Numbered from the whole stretch's first letter, positions 12,473 through 26,270 are shown. The stretch is 62,420 nucleotides of DNA, filler included, from Nemertoderma westbladi (GCA_032718475.1; 4 parts of 4 records of this genome joined end to end with filler, not necessarily neighbours in it); one strand, 5' to 3'. Translations and numbers: made by a program. The notes: generated by a model from the sequence alone, not told the origin.

Positions 12473-13805
12473 TAAATCAATCTCAATCTTAAATTTGAAA
12501 CCGAGTACGTTGAAGTTGATGTGTTTTGTAATGGTATTCCGTGAAATGTAATATAAATGACATAGTTACTGGGTTCTGGAACAGTGATTTCTTCATCATG
12601 GGACTTGAAATTTTCACAGATGAACTCAACTCCCTCGAAAACCCCACAGGTCAAATAAAAAAAATTTCGGTTAACCCTATTAAACCCGGGGGGGGGTCAA
12701 TATGACCCCCTCCCCCCGTGGTTTTTTTGTTATAACTCTGAAACAAACGCAGTTGGGAATCTGAAATGGGAATTGGGAATCTATTGTCTTCCTAATAGTA
12801 AAAACGGTTTTCAAAAGTATTGGGAAGTTTTCGAGTTATAGCACCATTTTTAACCCTACTTTTGGCACTTTTTTTTGAGGCGTTTTTTGAAAATTACATT
12901 TCATTAAATATGATTTGTAACATCTCTATTTTTTATTTACACCGGCTTTTTGGTGTTTGCAATTAGATGGAATTCATCTAAATAAATTTAGAAATATCAA
13001 ACTTGTTTTTTTCGGCGGGTGCCAATTTTGGTGTCAGCACCAAATTTTGAAATATGTAAAATTTGTAAATTGGTTATCTGAACCTGTTTTTTGCGCAATA
13101 GGGGTTTTTTGGGGCTTTATTTCATATGCGACCAATTTACGCTGGAGATCACTTTTTTCAATTGCTACCAATGTGCGCCACTGTCTGTAAATATCACACA
13201 GTAACCTGTAACTAAACCGGTACATAATATCTGAGTAACTCGACATGATAAAACACCGATTGTAATTTAAAATAAATAGTATAATTTATTTATTATTCCA
13301 ATCATAATTTTATCCTATATAGCTATACATTAATTAATTATGTAATTAAAATTAATATAGTGATACTGAAACTGATATAAATATATTAGGCACTTAATAA
13401 TAATATTTATTTCAGTAGCACAGAATACAAAAATATATATCTAATTGGAGTAAGTCGTGCATGCTTTCTACCATATCTGGAAAATAATTGTTTAATTAAT
13501 CGAGACAAAGCCTGTTCTATAAAGGTAAAGAGTGACAATCGTGGAGAAACTAGTTTTTATCAGAGGTATTCCGATTTTTATTGTTAAGTTGCTATTTCTT
13601 CAAATCAGGCATAGATAAAAACAAATTTAACTTAACATATATTCATAACTCATTGCATCAATAAGTGGCCACATTACAGATTGCATTTCTATAACACTTC
13701 TAGAACATTATTGTAACTCATTTATATGTGGATATTGCTAACAACCTGTTAGCTCTTCCATCTAAGTGTTCTGGATAAAAAGAAAGCGATTAAAAATAGT
13801 AGCGT

Positions 13806-14613
13806 CAGGGCCGTCTTTAGGGGAGGGGGGGGGGGGGGGGGGTGTTGGCTGGACGAAGGGGCCAAGGCCCCAGGTCCCCCACCACGGGGGGTCCCCGACC
13901 ACGATGCCACAACTACTGTATAGGGATCGACCGAACTATAGAGGAGGCGAACCGGAACCGAACTGAAACCGAACTTGGCAATTTTGAATTTTGCTATTTA
14001 TTTTTCCCAAAATATATCAGAAACAAAAAGTTAATGTGAGAACCTTAAATATTTTTGTAGCTTATGATATTATATTTTTTTCACTTTCGATTCTTGCATT
14101 TTTTGATCAGATGTTTTTATACTGATATAAACAGGAACATATTCTTCAAATTTATAATTTCCACGTCTAAAATAGGGATGCGAGTTTTCCTGAAATATGT
14201 TTTTCAAGGAAATTTCCGGAATATATATTTCATCTGTAGTTACGACCACAAGACAACGAACCACCTAAACTACTCTACTTTACTCTACTTGTGTTTTACA
14301 ATAATATGTTTTCAGAATGTGCTAAGTAAAATAATTAATAAAATAGGAAATTTCCGGAAAATGTATAGGAAATTTCCAAACATTTCCTGACTCACATCCC
14401 AAGTAATATATTTACAACTACATTCAGGTTTCTTTGAAAGGTATTTGCAATAAATAGGTTGAAAAGTTAGGGTAATGAAAACGAGAAAAAATGTGTCTTT
14501 CAGTATAGTAGTCGTTGATAAGTGCTCGCCGCCGTGCAAACCCCATACAGTAGAACCCAGGCCCCCCACCACTGACCCGCCCAAGGCCACCCACCACTCT
14601 AAATCCGGCCCTG
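13806..14613. mobile_element. hAT-like MITE
   Basis: Termini CAGGGCCG...CGGCCCTG; perfect 8-bp TSD AGTAGCGT at 13798-13805 and 14614-14621. Confidence 0.85.
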
Positions 14614-15679
14614 AGTAGCGTGATTAAAACTTATTTTTTATCACGCTTGTATATGCATGCGCGTAAAAATATTGCAATTTATAAACAAAAAATATAACTT
14701 TTAAGAAAAAAAGTTTATTTACTTAGTTTTAAAAACACAAGTTGCTATACAATGATAAAACTTGATGTTTTTTCAGTATGTATAGACTTATTAGATATGA
14801 CAACTGCTGGCTTAGACGACGACTGCTTTACCTTTTTTTTTTCTATTTGTGTAATTAAACTACACAATCCCAAATTTATCACTGGAAATAATATAATGTA
14901 ATAATCACATAGCAATGGTACTATTACTTGGCGTTACTCAAATATATAGAATTGTATATAATCTATAATATATACATTTGGCTTATCAGCCAAATCCCGG
15001 CGAAACACATGCAAAAATGTAATCAAATAAATTTTCACAGAATTTAAACAAGGGGCACTTCGTGTCACTGCTTAAATAAAATGATAACTACTTACGGTTG
15101 AACAGATAGGAACATGTTGTTTCTCTGTTGCCAATTAATTTTACTTGCTTGATATTGGTCTGTCAAAAATATATTTCATTCAACCCAAAATTATATTCAA
15201 GAGACCGGATCATGCTGAACGTGGTTGTTTATTATGCGTTCCTATTACTTTAATGAATTGTATAATAGGCCTATATAATATCTAGCATTCACGGCTCCCT
15301 CTGGAAAAAACAACTCTTTACCATGATATCTTACAAATCATTTCCTGTAATAATGAAAATAAAAATTAATAATGAAAATTACTGACAAGATCTATGTTTA
15401 TTTAGACCTTTATTTGGTAACTGAAGTTAATGCATTGCATATTATGCGAAATATAAACCCGATTACCAATAACAATTTCTTACAATATATACACAAAAAT
15501 AAAAATAAAATATATATGTATAGATAGAATATAGTATATGATGCCTACTGCAGCAGCGTAAACTATACAAATAATATAATAATAATATTCATGAGGAAAA
15601 AAACTATTTCATATATAATATCTGAAAGTCCATATAAGAAATCAAATGCAATGGCTACCATGCCCTTCTTTATTATCAT

Positions 15680-16351
15680 AACCAATCAGAATTACTCGCT
15701 GTCCCCCTCCAAAGCCTCAGCTAGCCAATCACAACCAATCAGAATTACTCGCTGTCCCCCTCCAAAGCCTCAGCTAGCCAATCACAACCAATCAGATTTA
15801 CTCGCTGTCCCCCTCCAAAGCCTCAGCTAGCCAATCACAACCAATCAGAATTACTCGCTGTCCCCCTCCAAAGCCTCAGCTAGCCAATCACAACCAATCA
15901 GAATTACTCGCTGTCCCCCTCCAAAGCCTCAGCTAGCCAATCACAACCAATCAGAATTACTCGCTGTCCCCCTCCAAAGCCTCAGCTAGCCAATCACAAC
16001 CAATCAGAATTACTCGCTGTCCCCCTCCAAAGCCTCAGCTAGCCAATCACAACCAATCAGATTTACTCGCTGTCCCCCTCCAAAGCCTCAGCTAGCCAAT
16101 CACAACCAATCAGAATTACTCGCTGTCCCCCTCCAAAGCCTCAGCTAGCCAATCACAACCAATCAGAATTACTCGCTGTCCCCCTCCAAAGCCTCAGCTA
16201 GCCAATCACAACCAATCAGAATTACTCGCTGTCCCCCTCCAAAGCCTCAGCTAGCCAATCACAACCAATCAGAATTACTCGCTGTCCCCCTCCAAAGCCT
16301 CAGCTAGCCAATCACAACCAATCAGATTTACTCGCTGTCCCCCTCCAAAGC
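15680..16351. repeat. 53-bp minisatellite, ~12.7 copies
   Basis: Unit aaccaatcagaattactcgctgtccccctccaaagcctcagctagccaatcac, nearly invariant. Confidence 0.97.
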
Positions 16352-16433
16352 AAATTATTTCTACAGTACCCCGGCCAAAACGTGATCAATATTGGCTGGC
16401 CTGACCAGTCCGACCACGACACGGACTTGTTGA

Positions 16434-16894
16434 TTACGTTCTGTCTTTGTTCTTGTTCTTACGTTTGCGAAGTTCGCCTGCACGCTTCTCATCGAAATAT
16501 GTCAATCCCAGTGCTCCAAGTACTGATGTAAGCAGCCCAGCAAGGCCAAAAGTTACACCGCCAATTATTAAAATACCAGAGAGGCCTGCGGTAGCTGGCA
16601 AAAGTGCCATACCAATGCCGGCTGCCACATAAGGAGAAACACCAACAGCAAGGGCACCAGGTACCTTCACAGCATGCATACTTGCGTTTTTAACAGTAGA
16701 GATACTCGCCGCTTCTACACTGGCCGCGATCCCCAGACAGGCAGCTACTTCCATGACCCACTCCTGACAATTTCTGCCAATTACTTTATATTTCTTCCCG
16801 TTGACCTCGTTGTTCTCCACGGCATCTTTGAACTGCTCAATAGTAACGGCCTTCGTAGCAATGAACTTCGCCCCGTGGGGGATTTTGTCTTTAC
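16434..16894 (-). CDS. Exon 2 of permuted papain-like (LRAT/PPPDE-type) protein
   Basis: Acceptor tcttactag| at 16895; phase matches exon 1. Encodes YKVIGRNCQEWV, then hydrophobic helices and a basic tail. Confidence 0.7.
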
Positions 16895-17181
16895 CTAGTA
16901 AGAGTATTAGTATGAAGAATATTGCATTTATATAAAATTTGTAAAATTATTAATAATTAATTAATGTTGATCTTTTTTTTAGTTATGTAAGTTCAGATAG
17001 TTTTAATATCAATATATATATATTATATGAAAACAAACATTGTCCCACCACCAGCTGACGTAGCCTAGGTAACAAGTATAAACAATAACAATATAGGCCT
17101 ACATAAAAATACCAGTATATTACTAAAATTAGGCCTAATAGAGTCGTGATGCGCAGTTCAAAACCTGGACATGCAGACAGG

Positions 17182-20100
17182 TTTTTTTATATTTAGTCGC
17201 CTATGGGTACGGCGATGTGTCGGTGTCCGAGTTGGACATCTGTATCGGAGTCTCGCAGCATACCGGTCGATTCCGTGCAGAACGCGCACCCCGCAGACAC
17301 ATTAAACCCGCGCGGAGGAGTGCGAAACTCAATTCACGGCGGATCCAACGAATACACTCGGAGTACGGTGCCTCACGCTTCGGAGTACGGTGCCTCACGC
17401 TTCTCGGAGAGTAACATCCCGAGTCGCTTCACGAACTGAGACGTGGTTGGCGAGAAGCCACCATACTCCGAGAATATGAGCGGCGTAAATGTCGCCAACT
17501 CAATTTCACGAATCCGCTCGTCATAAAGATTACGCTTGCGGGCCTCGTGATGGAGGTGGGCGTCGGCGAGAGGCATTGCAGCATTCGTGGGGGCTAGGGG
17601 GTTGAAGATGGAGACATCCAGGAATATCTTCTGATACCTGGAACCCCAGAAACCACAGACGGACACATCGAGGCGGGCTTGGTCGTCGGTGGAAGTGGAA
17701 TGTCGGATGAACTTCTCACCGGTGACTGGCTGCAAATGAGGTTCGACCGCGACGTTATGCGCTACTTCGGTTAGTGTAGTGGCGAAGAAATCGCGGACTT
17801 CATTGTGGCGAATAGACGGATAGCCGCCTGTAGGACACGACATAGCGTGATTTACTGAAAATCGTGTCCCACAGGCGCACCGGGCCGGAAGAAGTCTCGG
17901 TTGCCAACCATAGCGCATGCATAGAGCGTCGCGGAACTCCTGCTTACCTAGGTGAGTGTTTTGGATCGTCACCGGGCGAGAGTTTAGCCAGGACGAAGCG
18001 CCCTTCTCGGATGTCAGCTCCCGTAGGTGTTGTTGGTCCCGATTGAGTCCTGAATGAACCTCCTCGACCTTCTTCTTCAGGTTGGCAGTTTCCTGGATCC
18101 TTATAAGGTTAGTAGCCTCTTTTTGCAGTTCTGCTCTTTCGTTTATGTTACCCCCCTTATTAAATGGCGCACATAATAATCTAGAATTACTATATTGCAA
18201 CTCTAGGTCGGACGGAAGCGGGATCGCTAAACCTCCAAGGCGCACCGGGAGCGAACAGAGATCCCGTTCCGCAGGAGTGATGGCAGGCTGCCCCGCTAAC
18301 GACGCAAGACACTTCTCGACGACAGCCTCGAGATCTCCGAACCGATCCGTAGACTGCGGAATAACGCGCAATATGTATCGCCAACGCGCCGACAACCCAA
18401 TCGCGAGGCCCGCGTATACGCAGTGCGGGTCAATGGCGGCGATTCCTTCGAGACGCTCCACCTGTCGGATAAACTTGGTAACCTTGGCGTCGACGAACTC
18501 CTGTCGGAACTCTTCAGTGCCGACGGCGCCGCCGAGAAATCGGCACCCACGGACCTCGATCGTAAAGCAGGGTTCCGAGAATAGGGACTCTGCTTCTCCG
18601 AGAAACTCTGGCTTTACGAGGAGGACACATTTCGTCGGAAAGTACCCGTATAAAGGACCCCGCGCAGTTACTACGTCCCACCATTTCCGGAGCTCAGACA
18701 GCGTTCCGGCCGCATTCCCGTCGTCCGCATACCACTTCTGGTTCACGCTGGACGCTTCCTCCAGCTCATCTAACAGCGGGATCATCCCAACGGCGTAGCT
18801 CGGCATGGCGAGAGGGTCGCCCTGGGTAAAACCCTCGGACGAGTATATAAACTCGCCCCCGATAAACAGTTTAGTTGGCTGGGCGTAGCAGTTGGAAACC
18901 GCAGTCTTAAGGGAAGGACAAACGATGCCGATATTGTGTGTCGCAGCGGGATCGATGAGCGGGATGGTTTCTGTAGGAGGAGGGCGGGGAGAATCATTAA
19001 CGCCGTTAGAGCAGCATCCTCGAGTCCAACGTCGCCACTGAACATGTTGAGGAGCCGTGACATCTCGGAAACGACCTCGCGACCGGCCGCGCCTGGGGGA
19101 AGAAGAAACAAATTCGATCGCCAATGGACTATCACATTGTACACTCGATGTAATGTGTCTAAGAAAGCTGGGGCAGGTATTGGTTGTCCGAACCAAGATA
19201 TCGTTGGTGACCTTGTTGCCAACATTGAAGAAGGCCTTTGACGAACTACTGGACAAACCCGGGGAAGGTCAGGAATGGATTTAGGGTTAATGGGACCAAT
19301 GAAATTCTCACATCTCCCCACCAACAGCGGACCACAAATAGTGCAGTGACGCCCTTCCTTTGCGCATACACACCTAGTGCAACGCCCCCCAGATGCGCTG
19401 CAGCTACAACAATGGTTGCCACCCGACAGACTGGTGACAGGGGCATCCGACAGACTTGTGGCGGTGACAGGGACACCTGACAGACCGGTGACAGGGACAT
19501 CCGACAGACTGGTGACAGGGACATCCGACCGACTGGTAGCAGTGACAGGGTGAAGGATACCCGACCGACCGGTGACAGGGACATCCGATAGACTGGTGGC
19601 GGTGACAGGGAGAAGGACACCCGACAGACCGGTAACAGGGACACCCGAAAAACTGGTGACAGGGACACCCGACAGACCGATGACAGGGACACCCGACAGA
19701 CCGGTGACAGGGACACCCGACAGATTGGTGGCGGTGACAGGGACACCCGACAGATTGGTGGCAGTGACAGGGACACCCGACAAACTTGTGGAGGGACACC
19801 CAACAGATTGGTGGCAGTGATACCCGACAAACTTGTGACAGGGACACCCAACAAACTTGTGACAGGGACATCTGACAGACTAGTGGCGGTGGCAAGGACA
19901 CCCGACAGACTGGTGACAGGGACACACGACAGACTGGTGACAGGGACACCCGACAAACTGGTGACAGGGACATCCGACAGACTGGTGGCGGTGGCAGGGA
20001 AACCCGACATGCTGGTGGCAGCGACACCTGGAAGACTAGTGGCGGGAACACCGGACGGACAGGTGACAGGGACACCTGAAGAGAGGGACACCCGCTAGAC

Positions 20101-20700
20101 TAGCGACAGGGACACCCGACATGCTGGTGGCGGGGACACACGACAGACTGGTCACAGGGACATTAGACAGGCTGGTCACTGGGACGTCCGACAGACTGGA
20201 CACAGGGACCTCACCAGAAAGCGGTGAACTGAATCGAGGTGAAGGCGGACTACCTAGAGGACTATGGAATGTAAGGGAATCTTCCAATATCGTCTCATCT
20301 GCATCAACTAGAGTGACGTCACCAAAGTTGGATGTACATTCCACGGGTTGAGACAGCGACATTCGTGATACGTCGTCGACATTGTCCGGTAGGGACGACA
20401 TAAGTGGTTGGGAAAACGAGCTTCTGTTCGGATTCCAGGGATTGTCGCATCTTCCTTCCTCCAGTAAGGCGCAGCTGTCACATGGCCGCCCTCGACACTG
20501 ACACCTACACCTCGAGGTCGTGCTGCAACGGCCGCCAGCTCGCATCGAATACTGACATTGGCAGCACCGTTTCGGCATAGCGACCTAGTCGCCCGTTATT
20601 GTATTCGTATCCAGAAATAACTCGCGAATAACCGGCGAAAGCTGCCGACTTCCGAGATAGAATAAGGCGCCAATCAGTCTGGATGTCAAGCCAGTATAGT
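17182..20700 (-). mobile_element. CRE-clade non-LTR retrotransposon, degenerate
   Basis: ORF start at 20578 with Cys-rich motifs and VHWRSNLFLLPPG. RT motifs QGDPLAM and WYADD, zinc knuckle CACG...HAMSC, RHN, REL endonuclease (RLD...DVS), and an A-rich tail at ~17182. Frameshifts in the repeat region, an apparent internal deletion near 18955, and a 22-bp duplication at 17359-17402. The 5' limit is approximate. Confidence 0.85.
19420..20210. repeat. 24/30-bp coding minisatellite within the CRE element
   Basis: gacagggacacccgacagactggt variants; encodes (T/S)SLSGVPV repeats on the minus strand. Confidence 0.9.
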
Positions 20701-21399
20701 ATGCTCACTACCTATTCTTAAGTACCTGCTGTTTTTAAGTCATTTAAGTCAATAAAATCTTTATAAGATCTTTACAATCTTTACACCGCCAAAATAATAA
20801 ACCTATAAAATTATTATTAATTAAATTAGCACCAGCGAAACAAGACAGAGTGAGAATTAATCTGATACAAAATTAATAGTAATCACCTAAATTATTATTT
20901 TGAGTAAAAAAAACCAAGAGAGTAAAACACAAGTGGGGCATTACGTTTACTATACTCAGTCTTCGAATAATTGAATTAATTGAATTTATATAAAAACAAC
21001 AAAGTAAACAAGACCACAGAATCTGCTGGGTACTTTGTGGGTGGGTGGGCCGCCGCTATAGCATAGCTAGTGTTGCCTTGGCCCACTCACATATAAGGAG
21101 GAATATTTGGCAGGGAAAAAATTTATAAGTGCGGGAATATCTTAAAAACTTAAATCGGTTGGGTGAACTTTGGGAACACTGGAGTGGCATCAGAGTGGTG
21201 TTGAGGCAATGTAAGGTAGATCATACAGTTAATAAATAGATAGGCAATGGTTAGACTTTGGAATATACTGTATAGAACTATATTACTACTGTAATTCGTT
21301 TACATATATATTATAAAGGCTAAAATATAGATATAGATATTATATAGATAATGGTCGAGCGAAATAAAGGTACAGTACGAATATAAAATAATTGATTAC

Positions 21400-21706
21400 C
21401 TAGAGAAGTCCACAGCGGTTCATTAACACTATTCTCATTCATGACTAGTTCCGCACGAATGACTTCCCCAGTGTCATGCCGATAAGCTATTAGAGCCCAA
21501 TGTTTGAATACAGCGGGCCCCCCTAGATATCGCTCATCAGATGTATCAGCCGGTTTCTTTTTTGTTGAACTGTGATAACTTTTAATGGAAGCATCTAACA
21601 CCTTTCCCACAATGTAAAACGACGTCAATTTGCAGACGTTGTCTGGCATTTTCCGACATTCTCCTTGACATAATTTTTTCGAATTCTTTCCTACCTGGTT
21701 ACCCAT
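21400..21706 (-). CDS. Exon 1 of permuted papain-like (LRAT/PPPDE-type) protein
   Basis: ATG start MGNQVG...FKHWALIAY...IRAEL; donor G|gtaatc at 21399; 307 nt (phase 1). The spliced CDS is 255 aa. Confidence 0.7.
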
Positions 21707-22355
21707 GTAAAGTGTCGTCTTTTCACACTACAATTTTTTACGTCTCAGTAATTCTCTTAGTTTAATATTATTTATCCCTCTTCGGGTATAATACTGTATA
21801 ATAAATGACAAACCTTTATGAAAGATTCTGAAGGCAAAGTCTGTTAAATATTATTTACTACCATTGTGTATTTATTTGAACAATATGATTAGAAATCTAA
21901 TTATAGGTAATGACAAATAGTTAAGGGATGTTTTACAGGAATCATTAACCAGCGCAGCAAGGCAGCATCAATTTAAAACATATAATCTTTCGTTTCCATT
22001 ACAAAGCTCAGGTATTGTATGGGGAGGGGGGGAGGGGGTGCAGAGATAATATAATAACTATTTACCAGATAGGGGGTAACTGGACGTAAATTCATCCCTC
22101 TTATTAAGGGGAAATTCGATGCAAATAACAGCTTATTACACTCAAAAATAAAACTGTAACCTTATCTATTGTGTTTAGATTATTGTTTTGGTTAAAATAA
22201 TGTGCTCCTTTCCTTAAATTGAGAATTTAACATTGAGGTAGGATATTTATTCGCCAAGATGGGATTTGCGACCAGTCCCCCCCCCCCCCCCCCCCCCCCC
22301 CGTCGGGCGGGGGGGGGGGGGGGTGGGGCGTGCGACCAGTCCCCCCCTATTTACG

Positions 22356-22980
22356 TACTTGTGTGTAAAGTATCACTTTACAGTGTGATGATCCGAGTGG
22401 CTTGTTACACGAACGAACGTTAGAGAGTGAGTGAAAATAAAGCCACGTGGATCAGAACACTGTAAAGTACTTTGCAACAAGTATCAGAACACTGTAAAGT
22501 ACTTTGCAACAAGTATGTATGTAGTTTTATTCCAAAATTCTAACATTACGAAATGATTGTATGTATACATTATAAGTGATAGAAACGGCACAAATTAAAT
22601 TAGTTTCTCTATAAATAAATGTAAAATGATATTAATTATGTTATAAATTAGATAGCTTATATTTATGGTGGCATTTGGAGCCATGTTATATTAATATAGC
22701 TAGGTTATTAATAGCTATACCCCGCTTAACGGTAGGTAATGCAGTAGGCCTATCTGGCTGTCAAGCAAATTTCCACCTATTGCTTATGTGGTAACCAATG
22801 ACGGCGTTAAGTAATGTCCACTAAGGGGACAATACTTAACTGATAACACCAAATACAATACTAAATATGTACAGGCCAATGCAATCCTGTAATGTCCTCT
22901 AACGTTGTAAAGTGCTAAATAACAACTCGCTGTTAATACTAACGGCGTTGAGTAATATTACTATTTTGGAATAATAACTA
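22356..22980. repeat. Inverted-repeat-rich element
   Basis: 22356-22403 is inverted with 22440-22483; ttattccaaaat (~22527) is inverted with attttggaataa (~22963). Confidence 0.4.
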
Positions 22981-23242
22981 TTTACATACTTGTTGAGATT
23001 AGTTATAAAATAAATTATTATAAAAGTGTAAATTATAAAAATAAATAAATGTATTAAATACGATTTGATTGATTAATTATTGATATAGGAATTTGCGTGT
23101 CCAATAGGTAGATGCACTTTATGAATTTACAGTTGTTATGTTACTAAGAAAAATTTATAATTATAGTAAATCAAAATTGTTACCAATTGGCTTAATGGAG
23201 AAAAGGAACAAGACCTGAGCATGAGCAATGGATGATCGGTAT

Positions 23243-23342
23243 NNNNNNNNNNNNNNNNNNNNNNNNNNNNNNNNNNNNNNNNNNNNTTAATTAATTAANN
23301 NNNNNNNNNNNNNNNNNNNNNNNNNNNNNNNNNNNNNNNNNN
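23243..23342. other. Assembly gap with TTAATTAATTAA linker
   Basis: 100-bp N-run with a central all-frame stop linker. Confidence 0.95.
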
Positions 23343-23349
23343 TGTTTGA

Positions 23350-23645
23350 GAACGTGAGTAACTGACTGATATTTGGCAAATTTAGTAACTGACTGATAAT
23401 ATTTGACAACTTGAATAAGTGACTGATAATATTTAACAACTTCAGTAACTAACTGATATTTGACAACTTTAGTAACTGACTAATATTTGACAACTTTAGT
23501 AACTGACTGATAATATTTGAGAACTTGAGTAACCGACTGATATTTGATAAATTTAGTAACAGAATGATATTTGACAACTTTTGTAACTGACTGATAATAT
23601 TTGACAACTTTCGCAACTAACTGATAATTATATGTGACAACTTTA
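23350..23645. repeat. 27/30-bp degenerate tandem repeat
   Basis: agtaactgactga(taa)tatttgacaactt units. Confidence 0.85.
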
Positions 23646-25254
23646 CTTCTAAGTACGTAGAAATATAGATACATATATACTAAAAACGGTCTCGGATGAC
23701 TAAAGGGATACCATCATACCGCACACATTACATTTCAATATGAGAGACCACTAAAAGGTTGCCACCATCTTGCACTCCAATTTATGTGAGTAATCACCTC
23801 ATGAAATCCACTTAAATCACACACATTTCCAACTTTTTCTTTAACATCTGTCACCTAACACACACATCAACATTGTAGTAACGTAACCCCAAAGAAAAAC
23901 TTCTGTCTACATGCCTTAAAGCACAAATGTCGCTTCTCTGAAATTGCATCTATTGCATATACTGTTAAGTTCCGGCCAGTCCAGTCCAACCGCTTGTGAG
24001 CCGCGACCATTAGCGGCGTAAAAGCTTTTGCGGCAAAAATATATCTTTTGTGCAATTCGCGAAACTACCCTAAACGCAGCAATCTCTCAAGGTTGTTAAG
24101 AACATATAAAACTATAAAATACACTATATAAACTATAAACTGTGTTTGGTTTTGGTATACTGTACGACTCTGAATTGCCACAAATGCCTTGAACAGCTCA
24201 GGAACAGTGCCCTTGTTTCTTTGTCTTGGTAGCCCCCCTGTTATATCCAAACGACCAATCAGCGCAATTTTCACTTTCCTACCCCGTAGAGTTCCATTAC
24301 ACAGAAAACTGGATCCATGGGTTACGGGTAACTAACTGACAACGATTACTGGCTCCTGATTGGAGTTTTGACCAAAATTCGGAGAATTCTATGACTCACC
24401 CTTTTGTTGATATTTCAGTGCAATACATACCTCAGGCAGTCTGATGGTGCTAACCCAGAAGAGAGCAGAACAGTGGCATATATTATCGAGCACTGTAAAA
24501 GTTACCTAAGCACTGACCTATAACCATTAATCTACTCACTGCACTGACCACTCTACACTAACTGATGTCTGCTGATTAATTGCACTGCATTATTGCCGTC
24601 ACCGCCGGCATTTTTACTGCTTTGTACTGTTGTTCATTGTTTATTTGGTAATATTATTTCTTAATGTTTATATTTGGAGAACACGTATACGTAATCGATA
24701 ATCTCAAATAACTTTCTTATTATTAAGAGGTAAGCAGAAGGGAAGTTCGAGTAACTATTACGGTTCAAATTCAAGTGGTTTGTGTGATATATTTATGCTA
24801 TTTCATAATAATACCAACGTAAGTGAGCTGAAATTCTCCTTATACATGAGCAAAATTGGTACTAGTCAGCAAATCAGTGTATTCCGTATTATTGTCAGTG
24901 GAGTGAGTGCGAGTACATAATACTACTGTACATCCCTAAAGGATGTAAATAACAGTGGCTCGATTAAATAATCCGTTGTAATTGCCGTAAGTCATAACTC
25001 TGTATAGTATTTAAAGCGCAGCATCTGAAAGGAACTGTTGATATTACCCTGAAAGTGAACATAGTTTTTGGAGATTATATAGTAGAAATCAATCGAATAA
25101 TACAAATAAACCTACTTTTTATGCCGATAGAATTCAGTCTCCCACACACGGTGGGTCATACGCCGCGCAAGATTTCTACTGTTCTATTAATAGTTTTACA
25201 ATAGAGCTGGCAAGATTAGGCGTAAATTAGCAGGTTAAACTGTTAAAGGTCTAA

Positions 25255-25330
25255 AAGCGCGAACAAGCGGAATGGTTAGAGTGCCAGGTCACCTCAACCT
25301 GGAGTTCACCAGTGCGATCCCAACAGGACG
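25255..25330 (+). mobile_element. Decayed tRNA-like SINE head
   Basis: A-box-like AGCGGAATGGTTAGAG and B-box-like GTGCGATCCC at tRNA spacing; no intact cloverleaf. Confidence 0.35.
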
Positions 25331-25697
25331 TCAATGCTGACTCTCTAAGCTGTGTCCAATGAAAAAAATTCTAATGGGCTCCATAATAATGGGAATTAGT
25401 CTAGCAATTACAACATACCAGTGATGGCAATAGGGAAGCCGAACTTACAATGTGTCAGCCTGAAAAAACATTACATTTTATTACATAACAATAACATAGC
25501 ATAATTAATTATTCTTATATCTTTGTTTTATAATATATTTATATACCGGTAATTATAATTGCAATTTTAACTGTCACCAATAACTATAATATTATTCAAT
25601 ATGGCCTGTCGTCAAAACTTGATTAGCACAATGTAATCCTACAATAATTACATAAAATAGAAACCAATTTCAGTCATGTAAGATGTAATAATTAATC

Positions 25698-26171
25698 CTA
25701 TTTATTGAGGTATTTGGCGTGATGATCTACATGATCAGCCATAAAAGACGCAATAAAGAAGTAGCTATGATCATATCCCTCCTGTGAGCGACTGGTAAGA
25801 GCAATTTTATCATTAGATTTACACGAATCAACAAGTTTTTCAGGCAATAACTGACCCTGACTCAGGAAATTATCATCAGACCCCTGATCGCTAAGGATGT
25901 TTATCAGAGGTCCCTCGTACGTCTTGGCCAGCTCTGTCGCGTCGTACTGCTTCCAAGTAGTCGTGTCCGGACCCAGATAACCTCCGAAAGCTTTCTTACC
26001 CCAGTCGCAATTGCTAGGGTTACATATTGGGGAGAAGGCCGAAGCTGATTGGTAGAGAGCCGGGTTGCGTAGAGCCAACACCAGGGCGCCGTGACCCCCC
26101 ATACTATGACCAGTGATTGATTTCCGATCGGGAATTGCGTTAAAGTTGGATTCTATTAGTGAAGGTAATTC
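25698..26171 (-). CDS. ESD: S-formylglutathione hydrolase / esterase D, exon 2
   Basis: Acceptor tttttacag|GAA; GHSMGGHG nucleophile elbow, DQGSDDNF and YDHSYFFI motifs. Confidence 0.95.
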   Translation of the reverse strand, partial: ELPSLIESNFNAIPDRKSITGHSMGGHGALVLALRNPALYQSASAFSPICNPSNCDWGKKAFGGYLGPDTTTWKQYDATELAKTYEGPLINILSDQGSDDNFLSQGQLLPEKLVDSCKSNDKIALTSRSQEGYDHSYFFIASFMADHVDHHAKYLNK

Positions 26172-26270
26172 CTGTAAAAATAATAAATAATCTGATGGTA
26201 ATATAAAAGTAATTACTAAAACTAAAATAAATTTTCCCACTAAATATACCGCTATTTATACAGATATATA

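Noticed and set aside
15680-16351. CRISPR-like regular array
   Set aside because: No unique spacers, no cas genes and a eukaryotic context; it is a plain minisatellite.
18082-20351. Many plus-strand and alternative-frame ORFs
   Set aside because: GC-rich shadows of the CRE element and its minisatellite.
23287-23298. TTAATTAATTAA palindrome inside gaps (also at ~49696 and ~58832)
   Set aside because: Identical placement in 100-bp N-runs shows an artificial linker; adjacency across these gaps is uncertain.
25255-25330. Functional tRNA gene
   Set aside because: Degenerate B-box and no acceptor stem; treated as a SINE head.
26172-26240. Signal-peptide-like N-terminus of the 180-aa ESD ORF
   Set aside because: Intron sequence upstream of the acceptor.
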